DNA of 56,254 bases, filler included, from Sphacelaria rigidula (lineage: Eukaryota), in the NCBI GenBank assembly GCA_964200075.2. It is 7 parts of 7 records of this genome, joined end to end, with 100 filler letters (N's around TTAATTAATTAA, not from the genome) between each part and the next. Parts side by side here need not be neighbours in the genome. Positions count along the whole stretch, not along the records: positions 8,052 to 16,002 come from CAXNAA020012871.1; positions 16,103 to 24,053 come from CAXNAA020012872.1; positions 24,154 to 32,104 come from CAXNAA020012873.1; 4 more parts are not named here. One strand, written 5' to 3'. Position numbers and translations under genes: made by a program. The notes beneath the pieces were generated by a model. The model did not search any database. It was not told the origin of the DNA and worked only from the letters and a program-made list of their open reading frames with translations. How positions within the stretch are numbered: the stretch's first letter is position 1; every line of letters starts with the position of its first letter. Below are positions 12,200-24,419 of the stretch, piece by piece.

Positions 12200-14454
12200 T
12201 CAGACCGCCCATGTAGCTCGTTTGTGTTTTTATGCAGACTCATAGCTTATTGTTACGCCAGACGTGAAGGATGTGTTACAGCACGCTTTCAAACAGAGGC
12301 AATTTCAGATGGCTGGGATTGTTCGCGTGGCAGAGGCAAAGGATTGTTCGTTGATCGTGTTGGTCGACTGGATTGGTTTTGGAGTCGAGTAGCGTGCGTG
12401 GAAGCCTTTCAAAAATATTTTCGAGGCCGCTCCGTATTTTCTCAAAAAGGAGTTGCGTAAGGTGCGAGTGAATCGTTCCATTGCTGCTCGCATTACGCGT
12501 GAGTTTGATATTCAGTTGTGACTTGCTCAATCATCTTGGCGTTATTTTTCTGAGTGTCACGCTCGTTGCTCGATTCTCGTCCAACGCGCTTTGAGGGTGC
12601 TGTGTCGAAATCACGCCTTTACTTTGAGAATAAAGTGATGAATGGATGATAGCTTGGGATTTGTAGTGATGATATGGATGATGACATGGACACAGGGGCG
12701 ATACCTGATGTGCTTTATGGAGCATGTGCCTATGTGGCACTCCAGGATAATAAAAGGTGTTGTGAAGGCTAACACCTGAAACCTGCGGCCAGTGGAACTG
12801 GGGAGTCCCTCAACAGCATTAGACGCTGCAGTACTAGCAACCTGCTGGCATCACTCACCTCAACAACGGAACCAAATTCTGCGAAAAACAAATCTGTCGA
12901 GATTCACTCTGGTGACCTCCAGACGTGGAGTCTTTCGTGTCGCTTAGATTACAGGGGCGGAGCGGTGTTGCACAAAGGATTCCACGCTGAGCCCTGTTTT
13001 CGAGGCTCCAGTCGAAAGTTTACCTGGATCTGGATGCAAGTGCAAAAATCATTTCCGGGGATGCCGCCGGGTTTTTTTGTTCACAGAGTCGTGGCATTTC
13101 CAGTATTCGCTGAAATTTGAGGTCGCTGTAGCTTTCTGATTGCTATTTTCTCGGCATCCCGAGAGATGTTGGGGGTGTTCACAGAAATTGTTGATAGCAC
13201 AGGCGACTAGTTTAGGCGCCGTGCTCGTCCTTCGAGGGTTTTAGTTTTTTACGGAAAGGCGGGAAAGGCGCGGTACGGGTGTAATTCGTGCGCAAAAGAC
13301 ATGGCACGGGCACGTTGCACCTCAACTCCCACCGGCGGGGTATTTTCATCTTCTGTTTTAGAGCTTACGTCACATCAGCGAAAACATTAGTTCTTTCTCT
13401 TCGAACCGTGGTCACGGGGTGCAAGGAACCCACCGCCCATGACTATAAAACCAGGAATTGACAGAGGATGCCTCTACCAAAAAATGGTACAGTACACGAA
13501 AAGATCGAGCCCGCAAAAACCGATCGAACTACAAGGAACAACACACTGCAAGCTGACAAATTACCGGCGTGCGATCTAGACGACCAAATTACCACCTACT
13601 GCTGCATATACATGTAGAAATAGCAAACGCAGGGATCGACATGTTGCAGGCAGCGAGAACTGTCCCGTAATAGAGCTAGTAATGTTGGAAGCGATCCCAG
13701 GTTCAAGGAAACAAGGAGATAGCTTCATCACCGACGCATCAACTGACTTGGCTCAACATCAATGCCAAGTGAGTTGATCACCCTATTATTAGTTCGCTGG
13801 AACTACCCAGAGCTAATCCAAATTGGAGAAACTCATGTATTCTTGCCCTAGAAGCAGAGAATTCGTAATGTATAGGAAATAGTTAAAAACTAAGGCCATA
13901 AAAGAACTTGGGACACTCCTGATTCCCCCCAATCTTGGCCCCCAAAAAGCATCGGGAAAAAAAAAGTTAATTTGCCCACGTGACTGTACAGAAGACGACA
14001 CAACACCGAAAGAACCGGAACCCAAAATGAGAAGAAACGATGCCGCTGAAAAATCACAGACGCTGCCGGAAGCTGACATGGGTTATGTCGGATGTGACGA
14101 AGTCCGTCACGTTCCGAGTGTAGGCATCTGGGTTTGGAACGCATCACGGTAGAAAGAAGGTGGGCAAGGGGCAAAGTAAAGGAACGTGTGGAGACGTGAA
14201 CAAGCGTGCAGGCTGGAGATTGCACTGAGGGATGTTGAAAGCAAAAAAAGGCCTCTACCAATGAAAGCAAGCATTGAAGGTGGGAGAGGGCACGATGAAA
14301 ATGAGACAATACATGGTGGAGAGGGGGTTGAGCGGGGAGGAATGTGTAGTTGTGGTACTTACCGTAAGCGGTGGTTCAGTTTCCGGCTCCGCTCCTGGTA
14401 GCCATGGGTCGGGTACCCTGTCGGGTAGGATTAGGTTTCTTCTTTTCGGGTGGA

Positions 14455-14530
14455 GGGGGGGCGTACTCATTTGTTGCTTGCCTTAGTCATTTGACCATTG
14501 ACCACGCATCCCTTTCGAGACGGAGCACCG
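14455..14530 (-). mobile_element. 'GAGTC-TIR' family arm
   Basis: G(n)cgtactcatttgttgcttgccttagtcatttgaccattgaccacgcatccctttcgagacggagcac, the reverse complement of 48133-48204. Confidence 0.85.
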
Positions 14531-15379
14531 TTCCTACTCCTAATAGAGTGGAGGGTCGGTTTTGCTTGGTGGCGTCACGGGGTCGCCTCCGGGAGGGGAG
14601 GGGGAATGAGTATCGACTCGCGGTACTTTCCGGGGTGTGGAGTTGTCGTTTCTCGAGGCAAATGCCTCTTTCTCCTGCAACAAGTGCCGTTGGAAATCCG
14701 ACAGGAGCTCGGTGGTATGGAGTGCTGACCCCGATGTGCACGCCGCACGCAAGGCAGAGGAAGGATACCTGTTTCCTGGCGCCCTTCGGGACTGGGTTCG
14801 TCTCCTGGGATACAGACGCGTGGATTGTGCACACGGAGCACCTACCGATGTTGAACGAATCGGGAGAAGGACGCAGGGACGGTTGCGGAAAGTTTGGCGA
14901 GAAAAGTACGGAAGGAAACATAGTTGTACTGTGAGCGAATGCGTGACGAACGGGTGTTGAAAGCAACGATGTCAAGTAGGTGGAAAAGGAAGGAAGTGGG
15001 ATAGTAGGTTACTTTCGGTAATCAGGTTACTCTTGATGAACGTACAGTGGGAAAGCCGCCGACTTTTTAGTAACTGTGGCATTCTATACAAGCCAGTACA
15101 GTATGTAGGGGTGTGTTGTATTGCGTTAACACAAAGAAGGTGGGAGGTCCCCTTCTAGCGCCCCCGTTCCCCATGTGTGTTGAATCGTGGGCTGAAAATG
15201 GGTGATGCCAACTACTGCGGGAAAGTACCCCGAACACATGCCTTAAATGGACTGGGAACTAGACCAGTTAGTCCTGTATATCTTCATTGTAAGTGGAGTT
15301 AAACTGGAAATGGCTATGAGCTGGTTCACAGCTTTTCACCTCAAAAACATTCATCGGCAAAAACTCATGCTGTTTGAAG

Positions 15380-16002
15380 TAGTCAGACCCTGGAATTTTG
15401 CACAGATGTTCTTTGGGTCATTACGCAGCTTTAAAAAAACGATTCTTTTTTTTTCGTTTATGACTTTTGCACCGTTTTTCGGAGATCCCCATTTTTGGGG
15501 GGAAACATCGATCCAATCGAACCCCGTAAAACGGCAACAAAAACAAGAAGCTAGTTCTTTCACAGTTGAGTAATCCCCCATAGAACAGCTGTGCAAACGT
15601 TCAGGGTCTCACTCCTCAAAAACAGCGGGGTGTTTTTCGCTTTTGTGCGATTAACGTTGTCGTACCGCGGTGAACCTACTTTATTTGTGTACCAAAACGG
15701 CGTTTTTGGGCCTTCTTTGACGTGAACATGAAACTTCATGCAATAACTGATCGAATTTTGTGACGAAATTTCGTGGGGCCCTTCCTTGGGTTATGCGGAG
15801 ACAACGTGCGCGAACAAAACAAAAACATATATCGTCGTGCCGGTTTTTCGGGGTTCAGAATGGAGACTACTTCGAAAAACGACTTGGATCCGGTTGGACC
15901 CCCGAAAAACGGTGAAAAACTCAAGGAGCAAAAGTACCTCGTTCATAGAAAGTTTCGCAGTGACACACGCCACATTTAACAGGGTTGCCAGAAAAATGAG
16001 AT
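15380..16002 (-). repeat. Interspersed repeat family shared with contig 7
   Basis: 15690-15960 is the diverged reverse complement of 52370-52640 (gacttggatcc/ggatccaagtc, acgtgaacatg/catgttcacgt). Confidence 0.7.
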
Positions 16003-16102
16003 NNNNNNNNNNNNNNNNNNNNNNNNNNNNNNNNNNNNNNNNNNNNTTAATTAATTAANNNNNNNNNNNNNNNNNNNNNNNNNNNNNNNNNNNNNNNNNN
16101 NN
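16003..16102. other. Artificial contig spacer
   Basis: Same 100-bp N/TTAATTAATTAA/N spacer. Confidence 0.97.
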
Positions 16103-16134
16103 GCGCAGATATCGGAACGGCTTTTAATGTGAAG

Positions 16135-16165
<31 letters not shown>

Positions 16166-16166
16166 C
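16135..16166. repeat. (CAA)n microsatellite
   Basis: About 10 CAA units abutting the LINE fragment. Confidence 0.95.
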
Positions 16167-16735
16167 TTCTCGTCGTTTTCGAGCATTCAAGTAGTTTCTT
16201 AGCTGCTATCATCTGTACTCTTTCCACTTCTTCACCAATTTTACGTTCCCCTCCCATACTTCTCCTGCATATTCCAGCTCTGGTACGATTACGTTAATCA
16301 GGATACATATCTTAATCCTAGTATCTAGGTTCGAGTCTCTGGGAATCTCGTTCATTCTGCCTATCTGTGCCTCACCCTGTTCTATTACTTTATTTTTTTA
16401 TGCATCCCAAGAACAGCATTTGATATCTCTACACCAAGGCATGTATATTGGTCTACGATCGGCAGTTCCTCTCTTCCCTACTTCCATTTGAACTCTACCG
16501 GATTTATCTTATTTTCGTTACAGACGAGTACCGCCCATTTGTTAACGTTCGCTGTCACTCTCCATTTCCCAGTGTGTTCTAGCTCCTTGTCCAACTGTTT
16601 CGGTGATCCCTTTGCTGTTCCTGAAATCCCCACAAAATCATCCGCGAACATCAATCCTGATACCAGATCTTCACCCACCTTGACTCCTTGCTTTGCTGCT
16701 TCTATCGCTTTATCAGTTCATTAATACCTTGAGTA
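16167..16735 (-). mobile_element. LINE reverse transcriptase fragment (pseudogenised)
   Basis: Minus-strand GVKVGEDLVSGLMFADDFVGIS...KWRVTANVNK...LPIVDQYTCLGVEI, i.e. the RT (Y/F)ADD motif and the YLG-like domain 7, with stops. Confidence 0.9.
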
Positions 16736-16817
16736 ATTTTGCATGGGGGGGCGGGAGTGCATAATTTGACGAAATTCGAAAGGAACTGCAAAACAACATT
16801 CTACAATAACAACGGGC

Positions 16818-17408
16818 CAAGGTTATGTTCTGTAGGAGACGGTTTTCTGTATACCCGGGGTATCTTTCCGCGTATACACCGAACGCGACACTTCTGTGAC
16901 TTCCATAAGACTTTCGTACCGGTATCTGATAGTTCTGTAAAATCTGCAAGTCTTTCATTCCGGTGACTGACAGTTCTGTTAACTCTGTAAGACTTTCACA
17001 CCCTCACCCGACAGTTCTGTGAGTTCTGGAAGCCTTCCGCACAGTCACCGGGGGCACGGATATGCTGTTGATAAGATACCCGGTTGCGGGTACGGTTTTT
17101 TGTGCAATCTCCATACCCTACCCGACAGTTTCTGTGAGTTCTGTAAGCTTCCCATACCCTTACCCGACATACCCTTACCCGACAGTTCTGTGAGTTCTGT
17201 ACTGAATGTTTACTCGTACCCGGAGTGCGAGCACGCCGTTGAAGAAATACTCGATTGCCGGTGCGGTTTTCTGCAAGCATCACATGCTCCAGCTGACAAG
17301 TTTTGTAATTTCTGAAAGACTTTAATACCGGTACCCAACAGGTTTGTAATTTCTGTAGGAATCTTATAACCTATAGAACACACCCGTACCCTAGAGATCA
17401 CAACCTTG
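16818..17408. mobile_element. Non-autonomous hAT-like DNA transposon with perfect 8-bp TSD
   Basis: TIR CAAGGTT.TG / CACAACCTTG; CAACGGGC at 16810-16817 and 17409-17416; internal subrepeats gacagttctgtgagttctgta and tacccg. Confidence 0.9.
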
Positions 17409-18699
17409 CAACGGGCCTAAGCTGGAACCGTCACGTCTGTACCGCACGACACACTGCTTGCTCTCGCCACGTCTCTCTTGCTTGCCTCTACCCATTGCAG
17501 AGCCACACTGTGGACTTCTGCAGAGTCTCGAGGATGCTCAGTGTTCTTTGTCTGACGGAGGTGGGTGCAGCGAGTAACAATGCCAGGGTGCGTCTCTTCT
17601 AGGTGCTTGTCATGCGACTGCGAGTAACCCAATGGCCTGTGATATATTCCTCTTGTAATCATGCGCCCTTTCTCATCATTATCGAGGCGGAAATTTCTCA
17701 ATGTCGGCACGATCTGTTCCTATGACCCGATACAGTCAGTGAGATCTCCGTACTTGGGGGGGAATCACGCTGACGCGCAGGTCTTGACAATCATGTACGT
17801 GTGAAGATAGAGCTCCACGGAAGTCTTCACGGCGTGTTGCCCTAACCCCCAACACTCTTCTTCAGCAACCCGCTCTTGAGTGATTGCTCTAGCCGGGTAC
17901 TCTTCGATCAGACGGCGTAATACCACCTATCGCTCGCTACGGGATAAACTTTGTTCTTATACGCTGATGTTTAACCGCTTGGTTGGGCAATATAGCTGGA
18001 GTAGGTGACGTGCCTGCAACAGGACATCATGACGCATATGTCAACACACAAATTAGAGACCGCAGCATTTCAGTTGAGGCCACCAGCTGAGGTAATGAGT
18101 GATATATACAGTCATGCTGTGTTACAAGGTCACGTGGGTGGCATGTTGGAAGGACGAGCGTCCGGGGGGGGAGGGTGGGGTAGAGGTGCACGGCGTCATC
18201 GAGAGTGAGGGCTTTCCCCTGTAGGGGGCTCAAAACAATACAATCGCCACACCGACCTGTTAGTACAGTATATCATAGCAAGGAAGGCGGCCACCATTGC
18301 TATCGCCGCATGAGAGGATGATGTGCGAGCGAAGAAAGAGTTCCATCTGCGGGCAGCCATAGGGCTGGAAGCGATGGAGCAAGGGGCTTAGACCCAGAGC
18401 AGAAGTCATACAATGTTGATGATTCCAGGCAAGGTGCTGTTGGTGTAGCTGTGCTGCGGGCAAAGGTACCCGAATCTTTTGGAGAAAACTCAAAGTTCAT
18501 GCACTACAAGCATGAGTTATACATGACCCATTATTGTCGGCGCGGGGTTTTCGGAGATGTCAGAATTTCATGGGCTTTTCGGACTCTGCGTTCAGATGTC
18601 TCCGAAAACGAAGGGGCTTGACCTTTTCTCCAAACGTTTGCATTTGGACAAGTCCGTGAACTTCGTACTGCAACGCAGTACTTCGGACAGCTGCCCTGT

Positions 18700-21450
18700 G
18701 TGTACGCTGCGGTGCTCGCAAGTATTCGATAGTCACTAGGATCGCGCCAGTCCCGCAAATTTCGGAGATGTCTGAATAAATAGTGTCGATGATAATATGT
18801 CTTCAATTTCACGAGGAGTTATGGCGTTGACTTGGTGGTTGAAATGTCAAATGATCGTTCCTATGACTTGGAAGTCGGGAGTACGGAAATATCATAGCGG
18901 CGTTTGGAGGCAAGATATGGGAAGGTTGTCATAGTCGCAAAAGTGAGGGCTAGGAAGACGCAAGTCTATAGAGCAAGAAGCTTTTCTGTTAGGATTTGCC
19001 GCTCCGGGTGCCGCATATGGTCCCAACACGAATAGAGCTAGACAGATTCTGATGGAGAACTACGACAATGTCAAGATTGAAGCTGTTGACGATCCGATCC
19101 AGATGCTGGTTGAAATAGGAGAGTTAGCTCGGCAACTACGATCGCATGGTGACCACATACACCTGAGCCACGTGCATACGAGGTTCGATTTTGTGAGCGC
19201 CTTCTCTCTGGAGTACGACATCCAGAAGCAGCTGCTGGAAGGCCGCGAAGGCACCCTTCCGCGAGAAGTTATGATGGCTTTGGGACGCAAGCGTTTTGAA
19301 TGAACTATCTTTGAGCAGGTGCCCGCCTGGGAAAGAAATACACCCTCGGGCGACCAGGCCCTTGGCGCTCTTGTCGCCAGGGTCCAGGCCAGTGAATCGA
19401 ACGGCTCGCGCCGAAAGGAGAAACCGAAGAATGGTCAGAGATTAAGTGCCGTCGTAGCGGCGGGGATGAGGGCTTGAGCAGTCCAGGATCCGCATCTTCT
19501 ACAGATGGTAGTCAGACCGAAGGCCCAAGACCATTATGTGGGACAAACAGCCAAGCGACACCTGGGGCGTCGCTGCGCTGTCACGTGCGACGCACAGGAC
19601 AAGAGATTGCCCCCACAGGTACTGTGGTAGGTGCGGTGAGAAGGGCACAAAATGGCAGATTGCCCGAGATCGCCGGCAGCCGGCGAAGATGTGATGATAG
19701 CGGTAGGCGCGGTCTGCGACGAGGACGACTCCCCCGTGTGTTCAGGTACAGCGGGAGAAGCGTTCACCACCATGGACACGGCCACTGGCGGTCGCGGAGG
19801 CAAGCGTATGGTTTCTCCCGAAGCGAGGGGTGTAGAGCAGCTATATTTTCTCCCTCCGAAGAATGGACCTAAACAGTGCTTCACCAAGTGTCTCGCAGAA
19901 ATCCCTCCTCTCAATGTCGAGATGACTCGCGCTGATGGTGGGGGTGAAGTGAGGCCGCGTCTGCCGATCTGCGCAACGTGGAGAAAATCAAGCAGAACAA
20001 GGCACGCGCAGATTCCCCGCAGTTTGACGTGGGGCAGAACGTGCGATAAGTATCAAGATAGGGGATCTTGACCACAGTTCAGGCGTCTGACGTGCTCAGA
20101 GCCATCCTCCTACAATGGCTAATCCTGGCAACCGGTTACCGCAGGAGATGGGACACGGGTCGCCAATGGACAACAACGTTTTAAGCCGTTTCTGGAACCT
20201 GGATTTCTAGGGTGAAGGGAACGAACAAGCCACGACCGAAGGAGCAGAGGTGCTGGTACGTCGGCCTAGCCCCAGGGCACCCACACAGTGGCATGCGGGT
20301 ACATACCAAACCTGAATAAAAAACCACAGTAAGACAAGTATCATGAGCATGGTCCTGTCTTTCTCCTACCCCGTTCCCGACCAATCAGCAAGCGATCCTG
20401 ACGCCGGACGAGGAAGAGGATTCCAGCGTTGATGGAGGGCCAGTCGAGAGCGAAACTTTGGAGGGAACCCCTGCGGTGGTGCTTCGCCTAGTGGTTCTCA
20501 AAGTGCGTTGACCCCTCCATCTACTTCAACGGGGGGGGAGGGGAGGGATAACACCGCGAACTTCCGCTGGTAGCGGGGGTAGCACAATCAATTGATCATC
20601 TCCTTACGGGGGGCGGAGACGGCGAATGATTTCCCTTATCTCCGTTCGAGATCCCATCAGCGACCGCAGGAGAGTGCCGTCTACAACACCATCATCGGCC
20701 GCGCCGGTTACACCGTCGCCATCAGCGGCGCTGTCTTTAACGCCGTCATCGGCGGCGCCGCCCACACCTCCGTTATCGGCAGCGCCATTCACACGTCGCC
20801 ATCGGCAGCGCTGGCTACACCGTCGCCATCTACAACGGTACAGGCACCAAGCGCACGTTCACCCGCGACGTCGGCGCCGTCACCATCTCACCTTCGTCGC
20901 CAGCAACATCGCCCTCTTTGCCGTCGACATCCGCGACCCGCCCTGAGCAAGACGGTGGGGGGGGCAGTGGGGCTCTTGAACTCTCGAGAATAAAGCTACC
21001 CCATCTTGCGCTGAACGATGACTTGTGTCTGCCTCCTCAGCGGCAGGACGCCCGCATAGTGCGACGAGGACGATGGAACAAGGGGGAGATGAGAGCCTAC
21101 AAATCATAAGAGACTGTGCAAACGTGGTGCTGGGAACAGTGCTGGCGACGCGGGGGCGGCGGAAGAAAAGGACGAGATGACCGGGATGACCACCGCAGCG
21201 GCGGAAGCGGAGGCGCTTTTACGAGTATTTGTGATGTATGGGAGAGCCGTGGTATCTGGCACCAGTCTTTTCCTACATGGCGTTATATTTTCAACCACCG
21301 AGGCCGAGTGTGTACCGATGGCCGGAGGGGCCGAGGAATGCATGTTTGTGAAGGTGATTTTGTCGTTCTTGAGTTGTGTCGAAAAGTGTGATGGATTACG
21401 GTACCGTTCTTCACGGAAACATCGAGGGAGCCAAGGTCTTGGTTAAACAC
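18700..21450 (+). mobile_element. Highly decayed Ty1/copia-like retrotransposon remnant
   Basis: Gag-like DDPIQMLVEIGELARQL..FVSAFSLEYDIQKQLLE (19052-19303); frameshifted CCHC knuckle CGRCGEKG/HKMADCP (~19620-19665); copia post-integrase motif P.EQRCWYVGLAPGHPHSGMRVHT (~20235-20310); many stops and frameshifts. Confidence 0.65.
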
Positions 21451-23049
21451 CCCCTAGTTCCGGTCGTAGGAAGCACGTAGATGTAACATGCCATTTTAGT
21501 CGGAAGGCAGAAAACGTCTAGACCGTACATGCAGATTCTGGATGGCAGCATGTTGACATCCCGACGACACCTCTCCAAGTCACGTTGTTGAAGAAACACC
21601 GAGGAGCCTTGATAAATATGGGGGATGACAGGTAGGTCTTGTAAATATACGCCCGGGACCCCTTGGGAGGCTCATAACATGTTGACAGTATTGTGGCTTG
21701 ATGCTGTCAAAGATAGACATGCTCAACTCTCCCGCGGGCAGGGGCTTGCTCAACTGTTCTCAACAACAGGAGCTCGCAGAGAGTGGACCGTGGTCGTTAA
21801 GCTCACTTGCGCCGTGCGGTAAAATAAGAAGTTGATGGTTTTCACGGGCGTTCTTTTGGCCTACACAAAACGAAACGCTAAGTCTATGCTTGAAGCAAAG
21901 AGCTGAATATAGGTGGTGTAGAATGTCAGCTGTAGGGGTGAGCCTAAGCTGTACCATCTCCGAACAATATCAGACTCTTTGTGACGAGAAAACTCTATTA
22001 ATAGGTTCAACATGTTGTACTACAAACCCTTATTTTCAACGTATCATACTCTAAACCTGCATGTTCAATGCCCCGTACCACACACTCGTCCGTTCGGTCT
22101 TTGGTGCTATAGACCCGTACGTTCAACCCTCACGTCTTACCAAATTATATCTAAACTCACAGTTGATTTGCACATCTACTTTGCCTTAAATTAAACTGTA
22201 GATAGAAACGGTTAGTTAAACGTAACAAGTAGTGCCGTCATCTGCTGTCATTGATGTTACGGCTCCTATTGAGTATGCGGATAAGGTTTTATATCGATTA
22301 CAGTAGAGAAAAGTACGGATAGAGCATAACTGGTAAAAGGTCAATGATATTTAAACTTTGCAACAGCAAGCAAGTGATCCTGAACAAAGTGACGTCGAAA
22401 ATGACAATATAATGCGCAAATAATCCCCCTCCAAGACGCCTCTCGGGACATTTCATCATCCCTCAAAGTCCAAAGGTTGAGATCAAAGGCAGGCCAGTAT
22501 GAAATGCAACTTCAAAACTCAGGATAGCGAGAAGGAACATGAACCTCATCCACCACCACAGCCACACCTAGCTCATAGTCAACATACCCATTACTAATAA
22601 GAACGTGTGAACATCCGTGACAACTGTCATCACAATCACAGGCATCAGTCACAAAGTAGCAACGTTGGTTGACATCGCCGTCAGGCGACCTACCCGCCAG
22701 CGCAATGGTATCATCATCAGCATTCGCTAGGTTGAGTTGGGTAAAATTGAAAATCTCGACGCGCGCAAAGCGTTGCCTTGGGTACACTTCCTCACTGTTG
22801 CCAGTCCCGTGAGCGTATATGTTTAGCTGGACGAAGGCGGTGTGAACCGTATGTAGGCTACCGCGCAGAAGCAGTGCTGCACTGCCGTTCCTTTAGAGTT
22901 CACGGCATCGCTTACCATCGTTGTAGGTGGCATGGTGTTACACAACCCTTGCCATGCGACTCTTCTTGTTCTTTGGTTGGAAGTACTTTGTACTGTACGT
23001 AGCGGCTTACCGCAATGTGTATACCGTCGAGCTCTGCATTGCACTGAAC

Positions 23050-23131
23050 TGTACTTGGCTGTACTGTGCTGTACTGTACTGTACTGTACTGTACTGTACT
23101 GTACTGTACTGTACTGTACTGTACTGTACTG
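23050..23131. repeat. (GTACT)n pentanucleotide microsatellite
   Basis: Run of about 14 ACTGT units. Confidence 0.95.
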
Positions 23132-24053
23132 TGCTGCAATAGAGTTGAGTGCAGAGTAGTGAATTGTACGGTACGGTACGAGACGCGTCTGCACCGAAGT
23201 GTATTGTATTAGTATCTATGCAGTTCCGTTCTGTCATAGCTCCAAGTCGTTATCGAAGGGATGAGAGGATACAACAATCAACAGAAAAAAAGGCTTCGAA
23301 CAGCTGCCGGAGTTCTTCATGCGTCCCCATCACGTGTTTTTCGAACTGAGGTGTATCTTTCAACCATCCACGTCGGGAGAGTATGGCGAGATACAATCTA
23401 TCGGCTGCGGTCGTCAAATAAAAAGAATGGTATCTCATATCACTTTCGAGTGTTCTGATGTTTCAATGTAACTGTAGGAATACACCTTTCCAATGACGAA
23501 TGTGAAAATCGGAACTCCGAGCAGTGGTGATGTTGGCCGAGGCAACGCGTTCCATACAACGCCCCTCAAATAGCAGCCATCGGAGAGTTCAAAATTCTTC
23601 AATGGCCTGTTGGAGATAGTATGTACTCTTGAGTACCCGGGTAACATGCCGGAGTATTTTGCCACCCAAGGTTTGGGTAGATTGCACACGTCGGACAGAT
23701 CATTATATGTGTCACCCGGGTAGTACAGGTAGAGTGTGAACACGGTTATGTGCACGATTTGGATCACACGGTGCAACTACTTATGAAACGATTTCCGTGT
23801 TCCAGATCTCATCGATCACGAGGGAGGTATCTTGTACGAATCATGAGAGTATCACAGGTGTTATAGGCGTTTTTCAAGAGAAGGAATATTATCACCCCAG
23901 CTGCTCAAGGCAGAAACGTGATATATTCCCAGGATCAAGTCTTGCCGTTTAACAGCCGATTTTCGAAAATGGGGTTGAAAACAAAATGAGGTTCAACTCA
24001 AAGGTCGTGCTTTCCCTGGCCTAAATTCATGACAAATGCCTTTTATATGGACC

Positions 24054-24153
24054 NNNNNNNNNNNNNNNNNNNNNNNNNNNNNNNNNNNNNNNNNNNNTTA
24101 ATTAATTAANNNNNNNNNNNNNNNNNNNNNNNNNNNNNNNNNNNNNNNNNNNN
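24054..24153. other. Artificial contig spacer
   Basis: Same 100-bp spacer. Confidence 0.97.
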
Positions 24154-24164
24154 TATTGACACAG

Positions 24165-24419
24165 TGCTGGTGTGGAGCGAGCGACGTGGACTACGACAGG
24201 CACGGTTCTGGCACGTGCGACGACGATTGCGAAGGAGATTCCTCTGTCAAATGCGGTGGGTACTACGCTTTCACTCTATACGAGCAACGGCCTACACCGA
24301 CGACCCCGGCGCCGACCCCGGCGCCTACCATGTATCAGGAGTCCCTTGGATGCTTCAAGGATGAAGCAGACGACCGTGTGCTGACGAACATGCTGTCGAG
24401 CCCTGACATGACGCCGACG
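24165..24419 (+). CDS. WSC gene exon (255 bp, phase 0-0)
   Basis: acag|TGCTGG ... ACG|gtgagc. Confidence 0.9.

Larger units (their letters stand above)
8596..12520 (+). mobile_element. Degenerate Ty3/gypsy (chromovirus-like) LTR retrotransposon internal region
   Basis: Gag remnant, CCHC knuckle CFQCGQVGHHARKC, protease AVLDSGA, RT start (WSSP..FPKK), RNase H start (MFSDAS), integrase HHCC (H..AGHHG...C..C), integrase core with stops, GPY/F-like WTGPWRV, C-terminal chromodomain-like VLVDWIGFG..*RAWKP..IFEAAP ending TGA at 12520; no matching LTR pair seen. Confidence 0.92.

Noticed and set aside
16960-17360. Repeat-spacer array of gacagttctgtgagttctg
   Set aside because: Irregular spacing, and fully contained in a TIR/TSD-bounded hAT-like element
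17702-18021. TG...CA segment as the 5' LTR of the copia remnant
   Set aside because: Short terminal inverted match only; no TSD, no clear PBS and no convincing second copy near 21600
22823-23237. YSTVQ/LYCTV repeat proteins
   Set aside because: Translations of the (GTACT)n microsatellite
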